DNA from: an uncultured bacterium
Lineage (GTDB): Bacteria; Babelota; Babeliae; Babelales; Babelaceae
Assembly: GCA_963824495.1 (NCBI GenBank)
Contig: CAWGPQ010000014.1
Coordinates: 79,482 to 143,481, forward strand
DNA length: 64,000 bases
Direction of reading: 5' to 3'
Part shown: in pieces, positions 30,222 to 39,970 of the stretch
How positions within the stretch are numbered: position 1 is the stretch's first letter
How the letters are laid out: the number at the start of each line of letters is the position of its first letter
The notes under the pieces: generated by a model
What the model saw: only the letters and a program-made list of their open reading frames with translations
Told to the model about the DNA's origin: nothing
Database searches by the model: none
Program-made: the position numbers and the translations under genes

Positions 30222-31007
30222 CTAAAAGTTTGACCTCATTTCGTACATACCGAAATCCTCGCCCAAGTTTAAAAGTATAATAGCATAAAATGCAAGGTCC
30301 ACTCCAATTTTTTCGCCACAATGCTTGATACAAAAAGGTTCTTGAGGAGTTAGTATACCGAGTCCCCCGCTAATTTTAAAAAGGGAAACGAAGCCTTCAA
30401 CTACTAAGTACGTGGAGGTTTCCATATTTTCTTTCATTCCCTGCACAAAGGCTTCACTTACCTTTTGTGCTTCAATAGTTTTCATGCTAGTAATATCATG
30501 AACAAAAGTGTATCCATAACACAAGGCTCGCCTAACTATATTATATATGTCATTTTCATAAGAGTCTCTGTTGCCCAAAGCATATTCGGCAGCTATAGAG
30601 CCTTTGTCTATGGGCCTGTCGATTAATAATGGCTCTTCAGGTAATATCGCTACATACTTGAGTATAAAATCCTGGCAAATATTTATTAACAAGCGAGTTG
30701 CGCTACTATTGTCTGCCAAGCACCAATGTTTATAGTCCTTTTTCCACGCATACGAGTAGCCGTCGAGCAATATATCAAAACCACGGTAAGGCCCCATACA
30801 TAAACGTAGCCAGGATGAATCACCCTCTACCGGAATTACCATATCAGTCTCAAGGAGCTTCTTTCTGCCTAACACTCGTTTAATAATGTTTTCTTCGGTA
30901 TCCCTATGGCTTAGGCCTAACGCCGTTACTCTTCGTGTGATACGTCTAACGTTTTCCTCATCTAATATCGCATCAAGATGAAAATTAATTGAAAAATCAT
31001 CCTTCAT
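30222..31007 (-). CDS. Hypothetical protein, candidate immunity for the 31040 toxin
   Basis: 261 aa; AAGGA RBS; directly downstream of the large ORF; apparent internal two-fold repeat (RLLINICQDF / IILLNLGEDF). Confidence 0.7.
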   Translation of the reverse strand: MKDDFSINFHLDAILDEENVRRITRRVTALGLSHRDTEENIIKRVLGRKKLLETDMVIPVEGDSSWLRLCMGPYRGFDILLDGYSYAWKKDYKHWCLADNSSATRLLINICQDFILKYVAILPEEPLLIDRPIDKGSIAAEYALGNRDSYENDIYNIVRRALCYGYTFVHDITSMKTIEAQKVSEAFVQGMKENMETSTYLVVEGFVSLFKISGGLGILTPQEPFCIKHCGEKIGVDLAFYAIILLNLGEDFGMYEMRSNF

Positions 31008-31039
31008 GCTAATTCCTTATAGTGCTATTAAGTTAATCA

Positions 31040-33599
31040 CTAACAACGTCCGCAGCCACCACATGTACCATCTACAAATGCTATATCTTTTTCAATAAGC
31101 CATGTCCTAAGTTTAGGAGGTATAACATGATTTGAGTGAATCTCAAATGCTTTTTTTAAATGCTTTTCTGCAATAATTTTCCCAAGCGAAAGGTTCTCAA
31201 GAGTTCGCTGTATCGGCTCAGGTAAGGCCTGTGATATTTCTCCGGCGTTATCAGTATAGCTTTCTGAGATTTCAAATTCTTTCCAGAGCTTATTTTTAAT
31301 TTCTATAAGTTGATCCGTCAACTCAATATCGAACTCTATAAATTTTCTACCTTTAGCTTCAAGCTCTGGAAATCCTGTAATTTTCTTGCCAAAACATTCA
31401 ATACAATTGCCGAAGGCTTGTATTAAATCAAAAGCTCTTTTAAGTTCGTAAAGTGCAGCACGTGCTCTTATTAAATCATCTTTTGAACTCCCCTGTAACC
31501 CAAGCTTTAGAAGTCTTGTTAATGGGCCATCGGTGCCAAGAGCACCTGGAATATCTTTACAAATCTTAATCAAACTAGCAATAAGCTCGGCATCGCAAAC
31601 TGAAGGGTCAAGTTGAGAAATATCAAAATTAGCTGCGTCCTCAGGAGTCCAGCAGTGAGCTTTCTTTTTCTGTTGTTGGTTGTTAGCTTTAACTGGATAT
31701 TTTTGTTGAGCACTGGTATGGGGCTGCTGGCGCTTGCGCACGTCTTTTGGCTTGGCATCCTCTTGGCCTTTATCGTCTGCTCTGTCCTCTTTGGGTGCAG
31801 TCGGTTCAGTCTGCTCTTGAGATTGAGTGCCAGATGACAATTCAAATGATCTTCCTATCAGTGCGCTACCACCTTGGCATGACGTTTCTGGTACATGCAG
31901 TGCGGGCAAGCCGCAAAAAGTTTCAGTCGGTGGTTGTACAAGAGGTATAGAGCATTTTTGATCAGGAGCGTGTATCTCAGAGATAATGCATGTTTGCTTA
32001 TCATGTGCTACATCAGTTTGGACGAGAGGAACCAAGCATGGTGTTTCAGGTAAGGACATATTGGGTGATATAATACAATCGGGCGGAAAAATTTCACTTT
32101 CATGTTTATGTAAAACGTCAAGTGTTGTGCCATAGTTTATAAGCCCCTTGGTAATACGGTTGCTCAGTTCTTGGGGCATATCCTTAATAAGACCTGTAAC
32201 CTCATCAAATAAGCTTAAGACTTGAGCTTGCGTGGCTTGCGAAGGTAGAGAGACATAGTCAGTGAGTGCGTACCAAAAACTATCATAGCGAGTATCTCTA
32301 TACGGATAGCCTAAAATTTTTTCTTTAAGCTTTCGCTTGAGGAGATTTCTTTTTTTGAGGCTTTTGTTATATAAAGCACAGCTTTTTGGATTTTGGCTAA
32401 TAAGCCGTTGTGTTGTACGGCTTAAATGTGCCCAATATGGATCAAGCTCATAGTTACGATATATACCAAATTTGTTGTAGTGTGCTTCGTGAGCCTTGTG
32501 ATACTTTCTAAAAATCTCCTTCATGATTGGCGTGCGGTAGCGCTTTACGATATTTTTGGCACACTTAAAGTCTTTTCGCTGACAAGCCCCTATAAGTCGC
32601 AAGAGGTCTTTGTTATGATCATTGCCACGGATTTTATCGGGAGAGACTCTTGTATCAGTAAAGGGGGCAGCCAACCCTTGAAAAAATTTACCAACTTTTT
32701 TAGCACTGGTTGAAATCAATGAGTCTGAATCATAGAGTTCTTCAAGTACTTCATTGCCTGCGTAAAGCTGCATTTTCTCAAAAATATTAGCATAAGACTC
32801 TGGTATAATTACCTGTTGAATAAAACGTGCTATGGCTCGTGAAGCTCTTCTGCTCGGCTTACTAGAAATTAAATTACCAGAGCTATCAAAAAACAACTGA
32901 TTAAGCTCATCTTGTAATTCTTTAAAAGCATATGTATGTGGATAAACAGCTTCTAAACAGTTAAGCTCAAGCCGTGCTTTGATCCGTTCTTTAAGTGACT
33001 TAGACGTGGTATTTACTGATGCAAGGTTAGCAATGATAGTATTGAATGCCAGCGTAATATACCCATCGAATAATGGATCACCTTTAAGCTGTTGTAGTAA
33101 ATAATCATCTAATCCCTCCTGTTGGGCTTGTTCATCAACATAGCGCCTCACAGCGGATTTAGGGGATCTTTTGCGAGCACTACAATAAAAGTAATGACTT
33201 GATTCAGGGACTGAAGAAGCTTGTACTACCGCTTGACTCGCTTGAGCCGATTGAACCGATTGAACCGAATTCACGATAAACTTAGAATCCTGAGAAAAAT
33301 CACACAGAGCTTCTGCGGGAGGAATATCTACCCCTTTGGTAGGCTTACCGTAAAAATCTATCGTTGAACTGTTTACATGAGGTTCCTCTGGTAGAGGTGA
33401 CGATGGAGACGATATATGCTGCTGTGCTGCTTTGGCAAACACAAAAGCACTACCTAAAGCGTATGCGTAGGCTGCAATGTTACATAACGACGTACTTACC
33501 TTGAGTAATAGCTCCGACAGCCATTGAATGAATAAAAGATGAGCTTGCTCCATATAGAAGAAGAGCACACGAGAGTACAGCAAGTATTTTCTTGCGCAT
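31040..33599 (-). pseudogene. Large secreted protein with candidate C-terminal PD-(D/E)xK nuclease; frameshifted after the signal peptide
   Basis: ATG 33599 gives MRKKILAVLSCALLLYGASSSFIHSM (stop at 33480) in a different frame from the 847-aa ORF; tip has YELKRA...EFDIE...IEIKN. Confidence 0.6.
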
Positions 33600-33750
33600 C
33601 CACTACCCTTTTGTATATCTCTGAATCACCATTATATTTAGTACGAAGGTACATGGAAGAACAATTTCAATACAAGAGTAGTACTCATAGACTTATAGGT
33701 AGGGTTTTTCGATCTTCAGTACATATGATAGATATTAATAGTGGAAAACC

Positions 33751-33783
33751 ATAAAGAATGGCACCTTTAATAAGGTGCCATTC
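33751..33783 (-). terminator. Intrinsic terminator of the 33818 gene
   Basis: 12-bp perfect stem GAATGGCACCTT-TAAT-AAGGTGCCATTC followed by TTTAT on the minus strand. Confidence 0.7.
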
Positions 33784-33817
33784 AGTGTACCTACGGGTAC
33801 TTCAGATGTTAGATTAC

Positions 33818-34543
33818 TTATTCTTCAAATGATGAATAATCACCATGGGGCATCGTGCCTTCATGATCCCAGCCTTCATGCATGCCTTCATGATCCATGT
33901 CTTCGTGGCCCCAACCTTCATGATGAAGCATTTCGTGATGGGGACATTCACCATGTCTTGATGCTTTTTCGACAGCCAGCTTGATTTTATGAGCCATCTT
34001 TAAGTTGAAGTGAGCTACGTGCCGAAGGAAATCGCTTAACTCTTCGTTGTCGATCTGTTCTGCAATGACGTGTAACACGTGAGCCTTCAAGAAGAGTTTC
34101 TTAGCCTCAAGGTGCTTCGCTTCCTTAATGTGTTTGAAAGACCTCTTGATTGCATGATGAGGTGTTGGAAGGTCTTCAAGTAGCCCCGATAAATGTTTCA
34201 AGGCATGCGCAACCCTGAAGTATTTTTCTCGCGTTTCTTCAGATTTCATCTGTTCACCGACACCTTTAAACTCTTTGGCTGCAAGCCATGCCATCTTAGA
34301 CTTGAGTTTAATCGCTTTATGCAAAAGATGTGGTGGTACTTCAATTGATTTGTCTTGCAAATATTCTATTAGTTTTGCCATTTTATGAACAAAAATGTGT
34401 TTTAATGCATGTTCACCCATTCGTTCATGCATCATGCCCTCACCCCATCCCCCGTCATCCTTATCCCACGTGTGTGCATTAATCCCCAGGGTACTGCAAA
34501 GTGCAATAATAGGCACCGCAACAAATAATAATTTCTTATTCAT
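33818..34543 (-). CDS. Secreted His/Met-rich hypothetical protein
   Basis: AAGGAGG RBS, signal peptide ending INA, C-terminal HEG(M/W)-type repeats. Confidence 0.8.
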   Translation of the reverse strand: MNKKLLFVAVPIIALCSTLGINAHTWDKDDGGWGEGMMHERMGEHALKHIFVHKMAKLIEYLQDKSIEVPPHLLHKAIKLKSKMAWLAAKEFKGVGEQMKSEETREKYFRVAHALKHLSGLLEDLPTPHHAIKRSFKHIKEAKHLEAKKLFLKAHVLHVIAEQIDNEELSDFLRHVAHFNLKMAHKIKLAVEKASRHGECPHHEMLHHEGWGHEDMDHEGMHEGWDHEGTMPHGDYSSFEE

Positions 34544-34751
34544 AAAACCTCCTTTTAGTAAAAAAATATGATAGTTTATGAGATACTTAATTAATAGAGG
34601 CCTACTCCCCCTATTAATTCAAATATAGTTTATTATTAAGAAATACGTCAACAGTTTTGGTATAATTATTGAGCAGATCGATATTTTCAGAGGTATCGCT
34701 CTATCAATAGTGCCTACCCGAGGGCATACTGATAGTTTGAGCGTCATATCA

Positions 34752-34780
34752 TTGACAAATATATGGCTATCGAGTATACT
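34752..34780 (+). promoter_or_regulatory. Sigma70-type promoter of ssrA
   Basis: TTGACA-N17-TATACT 47 nt upstream of the mature tmRNA 5' end. Confidence 0.8.
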
Positions 34781-34827
34781 ATCAAAACAATAGTTTATAA
34801 CTTTAAGAAAATTCTTTGAAATAGTTT

Positions 34828-35184
34828 GGGGGCGTACTGGCTTCGACGTGGCGTTGATGTCTTGAAGAGCATGTCGAGCTTTGACTAAGTGCTCGTAAAA
34901 AAATAGTCAAAACAATAAGTGCAAACACAGAAGCACGCATCGCTGTAGCCTAAGGGTTATAGTGGCTTGTCGATCTGATCTGTCTATCAGTTGGGCCGAC
35001 ACGTATAACTATGATAGGACATCAAGCGAGATTTTCTTGTTGCGTAGCTTGATTGAACACTAAACAAGCCTAGATACTGGTCTTTGTTATTGAGAGCGTA
35101 TCTTTGTACAATCAGTAACTAAGCATGTAGCGCTTTGAGGTTGATATACTGCGGACATGGGTTCGATTCCCATCGCCTCCACCA
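34828..35184 (+). ncRNA. ssrA: Transfer-messenger RNA; tag peptide (A)ANTEARIAVA* at 34921..34953
   Basis: 5' GGGGGCG pairs with 3' CGCCTCC-ACCA including the G3-U alanine identity pair; GG-TTCGAC D-loop analog; T-arm ATGGGTTCGATTCCCAT; 357 nt; GCA resume codon. Confidence 0.96.
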
Positions 35185-35227
35185 AAATCTTCTCTTTTCT
35201 TGAGCATATACCCTTGAGCTTATACCT

Positions 35228-35683
35228 ATGACACTCGAGCCGTTATTCAAAGTTACACCTGGCGTTTCTATTATATTACTTAAAGATCAGCATGTTTTCT
35301 TGTTACGACGTTCACCGGGGTTATCTGGAGGTGGCTGTTACACCTTGCCAGGCGGTCACGTTGACGGTAATGAGACAATGCGCCAGGCGGGAGCACGTGA
35401 AGTATATGAAGAGGTAGGGGTGCGAGTTAACCCACAGGATCTTCAGTTTGTTCATGTTATGCATCACCTTATACCTGAGCGGAATCGTGAGCTGGTTATA
35501 TTCTTTTTCGCTGCGACTACGTGGCAGGGTGAGCCGTACAATAAAGAGCCTGAAAAACATACAGAAGCTTCATGGTTTTCTTGTACTAACTTACCGAATC
35601 CGCTAGGATTTAATGGGTTTAATGTTGCTGAGGCTCTCAATTGGTATTATACAAAGAGCTTTTATTCCGAGCTTGGCTGGTAA
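35228..35683 (+). CDS. NUDIX hydrolase
   Basis: GGHVDGNETMRQAGAREVYEEVG Nudix box; GEPYNKEPEK. Confidence 0.92.
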   Translation: MTLEPLFKVTPGVSIILLKDQHVFLLRRSPGLSGGGCYTLPGGHVDGNETMRQAGAREVYEEVGVRVNPQDLQFVHVMHHLIPERNRELVIFFFAATTWQGEPYNKEPEKHTEASWFSCTNLPNPLGFNGFNVAEALNWYYTKSFYSELGW

Positions 35684-35729
35684 AAAAAGCTTTACTTAAA
35701 TTTTTATTTTTTAACTTACTAGATTATTT

Positions 35730-36191
35730 ATGAAAACAGATATATTTAAAATAACCCCTATTGTTTCGCTTGTACTGAAACAAAACGACAAGATACTTTT
35801 AGTTCACCGCTCTAACACCGGCCATCTCGATGGAACGCACAGCTTAGTTGGCGGTCACGTTGATGGTAACGAGACGATGCGTCAAGCACTCGTGCGTGAA
35901 GCACATGAAGAAATTGGTATCACTATCAAACCGGAAGATCTTCGATTTGTTCAAGTGATACATCATACTACACAAGATAAGCGAGAACTGGTTCAATTCT
36001 TTTTTACCACTGACGCATGGCAAGGTGAGCCTTATAATAAAGAACCACATAAGCATGACAATGTTGAATGGTTTGCTATCAATGCGTTACCCTCATCGCT
36101 CTTGCCTCACGTGCGTAAACTTCTCGAACATTACCCTCATCATAATCCCTATGCTGAGTTTGGCTGGAGTGCTCAGAGTTTAGCACTCTAA
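35730..36191 (+). CDS. NUDIX hydrolase (tandem paralog)
   Basis: GGHVDGNETMRQALVREAHEEIG Nudix box; GEPYNKEPHK. Confidence 0.92.
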   Translation: MKTDIFKITPIVSLVLKQNDKILLVHRSNTGHLDGTHSLVGGHVDGNETMRQALVREAHEEIGITIKPEDLRFVQVIHHTTQDKRELVQFFFTTDAWQGEPYNKEPHKHDNVEWFAINALPSSLLPHVRKLLEHYPHHNPYAEFGWSAQSLAL

Positions 36192-36219
36192 TTTTGCTTG
36201 TAGTCATGTAGCCATACTG

Positions 36220-37930
36220 TTATTGAGCACCAGCTTGTACTAATTGGCTAACTATAGCCTCATATCCCTTAACGGGTTGCGCAATGTAATGGCGTTTCAC
36301 CTTTATCATTGTGCGTATTGACGTCTGCTTTCGCTTGTAAAAGTATTTCAGTAATGGCAAGATTACCGGCGAGTGCGGCATAATGAAGAGCAGTATTACC
36401 CTTCTCATTGATATGATTTAGGTTAGCACCAGCCTGTATGAGCACTTTAACCGCTTCTGTATGGTCTGTATGGCCATCTAAAGCCGCCCATATAAGGGCA
36501 GTATTGCCATTGTTATCAGTTTGATTGATGTGGGCTCCAGCATCTATAAGCAATTTAACTATTTCTTTATCTGCCATAACGGTTGCTGTCATAAGAGCAG
36601 TATAACCATGAATGGCATCGTTGACATTAGCACCGGCCTCAATAAGTACTTTGACTGTTTCTGTATATCTTTTTTCAATTGCCAACATAAGGGCAGTAGT
36701 TCCTTCATTATTGGCGTGATTAAGTTTGGTACGGTCTCGTATAAGCACCTTAACTGTTTCTGTATGTCCATTGCTTGCTGCCCTTATAAGAGCAGTACTT
36801 CCAGCATTATTGGTATGATTAACATCAGCACCATGCCCTATAAGCATCCTAACTATTTCTGTATGTCCATCCAAAGCCGCGCATATAAGAGCAGTAGTGC
36901 CATTGCTACTAGTGTGGTTAAGTTTGGCGCCACGTTCTATAAGCAACTTAACTGTATCGATATGCTTATTATTAGCTGCGTACATAAGAGCAGTCCAGCC
37001 CTCTTTATCGGCATGATTAACGTCAGCCTCATACTTCGCTTCATCCTTCGCTGAAGCTACGGAGGACAAGAAAGCTACGGAGGACGGGAAGGCTTCGTAT
37101 GGCCTGTCCTTCGTAGTTTTAACGTAGGGGGAACTGCCAGCTCCTATAAGCAATTTAGCTATATCTGTATGGCCATTAAAGGCTGCTAAAATGAGAGCAC
37201 TATAGCCATCTTTATCTATATGATGAACATTAGCACCGTGCTCTATAAGCAGCTTAACGATATCGGTATGCTTATTATTAGCTGCAAACATAAGGGCGGT
37301 CCAACCAGGCTCACGCTCATCGGCATAATTAATATCAGCACCATGTCCTATAAGCACTCTGGCTATATCTGTATGTCCATACTCAGCTGCTGCCATAAGG
37401 GCGGTTATGCCAGTATTACTAACGTGGTTAAGCTTAGCGCGATATTCTATAAGCAGCTTCACTATATCTATCTGCCCACCCCAAGCTGCCAACATTAGAG
37501 CAGTATGGCCATATTTATCTATATGATTAACATTAGCGCCATGCTCTATAAGCAGCTTAACGATATCGGTATGCTTATTATTAACTGCAACCATAAGGGC
37601 AGTCCAGCTAGCTTTATCAGTATGATTGACGTTAGTTGCAGTACGTAAAAGTATCTCAATCGTTTCTTTATATCCCTTTTCAGCCGCGTACATAAGAGCA
37701 GTATCGCCATTGCTGTCGGCGTAATTACTGTCCGCACCTTTTTCTAGTAAATATGTAACGTTGTCGGTATCGCCTATGCTAACTGCTTTTAATAGGCATT
37801 CATTAAGTTCCCGTTGATTTAGAAGGATAATCTGTTGTGAGGGAAGAACGGAAATGCAGCTTACATTCGTGGACAAGTTCGATAGAGCAAGAGATATTAG
37901 GAGACATTTGTTTAAAATCTTCTTTATCAT
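36220..37930 (-). CDS. Secreted ankyrin-repeat protein (~14 repeats); last repeat split by a 1-nt frameshift near 36273
   Basis: Signal-like N-terminus; repeated GxTALxxAA..GH..IVKLLIE.GA; ORF stops at 36269 but KGYEAIVSQLVQAGAQ continues in the next frame to 36220. Confidence 0.9.
37028..37135. repeat. 108-bp in-frame palindromic (REP/RPE-like) insertion in the ankyrin gene
   Basis: Interrupts LLIGAG|ADVNH; contains TCCTTCGCTGAAGCTACGGAGGAC, a second AAGCTACGGAGGAC and an inverted degenerate copy GTCCTTCGTAGTTTTAACGTAGGGG. Confidence 0.75.
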
Positions 37931-38110
37931 TTTTCTCCTTTAATAGATTGATTAAAGAGTATTGCTATAATAGTTTATATTTTATAGAAACCATAGAGTT
38001 AAGATAGTACCCTAACCTGCCTACGGTATATCTCTTTACAGCGCTAGTTCTGGCATGATAGTGTTTGCCTAATAACCGTAACAATATCTTAGATTAAGTG
38101 TCTTAGATTA

Positions 38111-39364
38111 ATGGAGCGAATAGGCATGCAAAAATCTTCGGATAATCTTTCATCTGCACCTAAAAACTGGCTTAATAAAAATATCCTTGGTTTTGGATTG
38201 GCAAGCTTTTGGGGGGATTTTGGTTACGAAATAGCCACTGCAGCACTTCCTCTTTTGCTCGTAACGCTTGTTGGTAGCGCTGCGGCTCCACAAGTCTTGG
38301 GATTTGTTAGTAGTATTTCTGACGGTGCTGCAAGCTTTCTTAAGATATTTTCTGGTTGGTTGAGCGATCGAGTGCCCCGCCGTAAGCCATTTCTTGTTCT
38401 GGGTTATTCGCTTTCCGGGCTATTTATAGGGCTTATAGGCACTGCGACAACTGCGGGACAGATTATAGCATACCGAACCTGCGCTTGGATTGGTAAAGGG
38501 CTGAGGGAGCCGCCACGTGATGCACTTATAGCTGAGTCCGTCCAGCGGCAGTATTATGGCCGCGCTTTTGGATTTCATCGTGCTATGGACACCTTAGGCG
38601 CAATTTTAGGGCCTGCACTTATGTTTTTTGTTTTGAGAAGCATCTCTTTAAGAAGTATATTATTTCTTACGTTTATCCCCGGCATTCTTTCAGTTCTTTC
38701 AATACTCTTTCTTACAACAGATCCAGGCAGAGCTCAGCGGCATGCTTCTTCATCAGGTACTGCTCTTGTTCAATTTAGAGAGCTGCCTCCATCGTTTCTT
38801 TATTTTGTCAGTGTTGCGCTGGTTTTTGCCTTGGGTAATTTTAACAAGATGTTACTGATACTGCGAGCTCAAGAACTATTATCGAATCTTAAGATTATAG
38901 GCTCTAGTGAGAAATATGTTGTAGTGCTCTATATACTCTTTAACTGTGTACGCGCTATTAGTGAATATAGTATAGGTTTATTAAGCGATTATATTGGACG
39001 CAAGAACTTATTGGCATTTTTAGGATATACTTTTTTTGGCATAGTTTCGCTTGGATTACTCAGTATAAGCAACTCGCTAATATTATTAACGGGTATTTTT
39101 ATTATGGCGGGCATAAGTGCAGCAACAGTTACTGCTTTAGGCAAAGCCTATGCTGCAGATCTATTGCCTGCTCAAGCACGTGGTACTGGCTATGGCGTAC
39201 TGCAATTCATCGAGGGTATTGGAGCTCTTGTCTCAAGCCTCATTGTTGGAACACTCTGGAGTTCACTGGCACCTACAGCCGGATTTGCTTATTCAGCTAT
39301 ATTGAGCTTTCTAGCGGCAGCGTTACTATACCGCATGCCACGATCTACAAGCGCGCAGAATTAG
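38111..39364 (+). CDS. Major facilitator superfamily transporter
   Basis: 12 TM pattern; GWLSDRVPRRK and GLLSDYIGRK loops; GRAFGFHRAMDTLGA. Confidence 0.93.
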   Translation: MERIGMQKSSDNLSSAPKNWLNKNILGFGLASFWGDFGYEIATAALPLLLVTLVGSAAAPQVLGFVSSISDGAASFLKIFSGWLSDRVPRRKPFLVLGYSLSGLFIGLIGTATTAGQIIAYRTCAWIGKGLREPPRDALIAESVQRQYYGRAFGFHRAMDTLGAILGPALMFFVLRSISLRSILFLTFIPGILSVLSILFLTTDPGRAQRHASSSGTALVQFRELPPSFLYFVSVALVFALGNFNKMLLILRAQELLSNLKIIGSSEKYVVVLYILFNCVRAISEYSIGLLSDYIGRKNLLAFLGYTFFGIVSLGLLSISNSLILLTGIFIMAGISAATVTALGKAYAADLLPAQARGTGYGVLQFIEGIGALVSSLIVGTLWSSLAPTAGFAYSAILSFLAAALLYRMPRSTSAQN

Positions 39365-39768
39365 CGTTCAAACCTTTGTGCAAAAATTGGCTTATTATTA
39401 AATGTTGGTTGTGGATCTTCGCAATACGGTGAAGGAAAGCGAAAACAGCCCCTTGTAGTTTCAATAGTAGTTGTTCCACCATCACGAAGTTTTTTTACGT
39501 GTGAGACGTGAACGTTATGAAGATCGCGAGGGGTGCCCATTTTTACCCCAAGCTGAGGAGTATGGCGGCTCTTAGGATCATGATGTATAACGAAGAAATT
39601 GTCACTTTTGCCCTCAAGATTATTAACTTCACCAATTTCTCCAACATATTCTATAGGATACGTCTCTGCAAGCAACTCAAGCGTGTAATGCTGTGTGATG
39701 GGTGTGCGGGCCAAAGCAGCTGAGCATGAAAAAAGTAGTACAAGGCTGAACACGTAAATTTTATTCAT
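39361..39768 (-). CDS. Hypothetical secreted protein (likely start MNKIY at 39768)
   Basis: Signal peptide ending ALA; RDGGTTTIET segment. Confidence 0.65.
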   Translation of the reverse strand: MNKIYVFSLVLLFSCSAALARTPITQHYTLELLAETYPIEYVGEIGEVNNLEGKSDNFFVIHHDPKSRHTPQLGVKMGTPRDLHNVHVSHVKKLRDGGTTTIETTRGCFRFPSPYCEDPQPTFNNKPIFAQRFER

Positions 39769-39891
39769 AGACAACACCCTCCGGATATTTAATAACCACA
39801 CGTTTGTACGAGCTCAGTTTAACAAAATATAGTTACTCATGTGTAGAGTATGTATAGAGTATTTTTGGTTCGTCTCTCAATGGCCATAAAT

Positions 39892-39919
39892 TTGACAGAT
39901 ACTATCTTTTGGATAGAAT
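39892..39919 (+). promoter_or_regulatory. Probable sigma70 promoter of the P-type ATPase gene
   Basis: TTGACA-N16-TAGAAT. Confidence 0.5.
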
Positions 39920-39970
39920 CAACTTATAGAATTGTTTTGTAATAGAATTAACTAATAAGGGAAGATTTTT

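Noticed and set aside
30220..30333. N-terminal 38 aa of the 284-aa ORF call
   Set aside because: Overlaps the upstream gene; paralogy begins at MSDHF (30219)
31040..31054. C-terminal CGRC as a host prenylation (CaaX) signal
   Set aside because: Middle residues G and R fit CaaX poorly; a metal-binding CxxCxxC is equally plausible
33222..33270. 9-bp repeats encoding SVQSVQSAQ
   Set aside because: Short in-frame low-complexity linker, not an array
35150..35230. Prophage or integrative element at the ssrA 3' end
   Set aside because: No integrase and no duplicated ssrA 3' segment seen in the window
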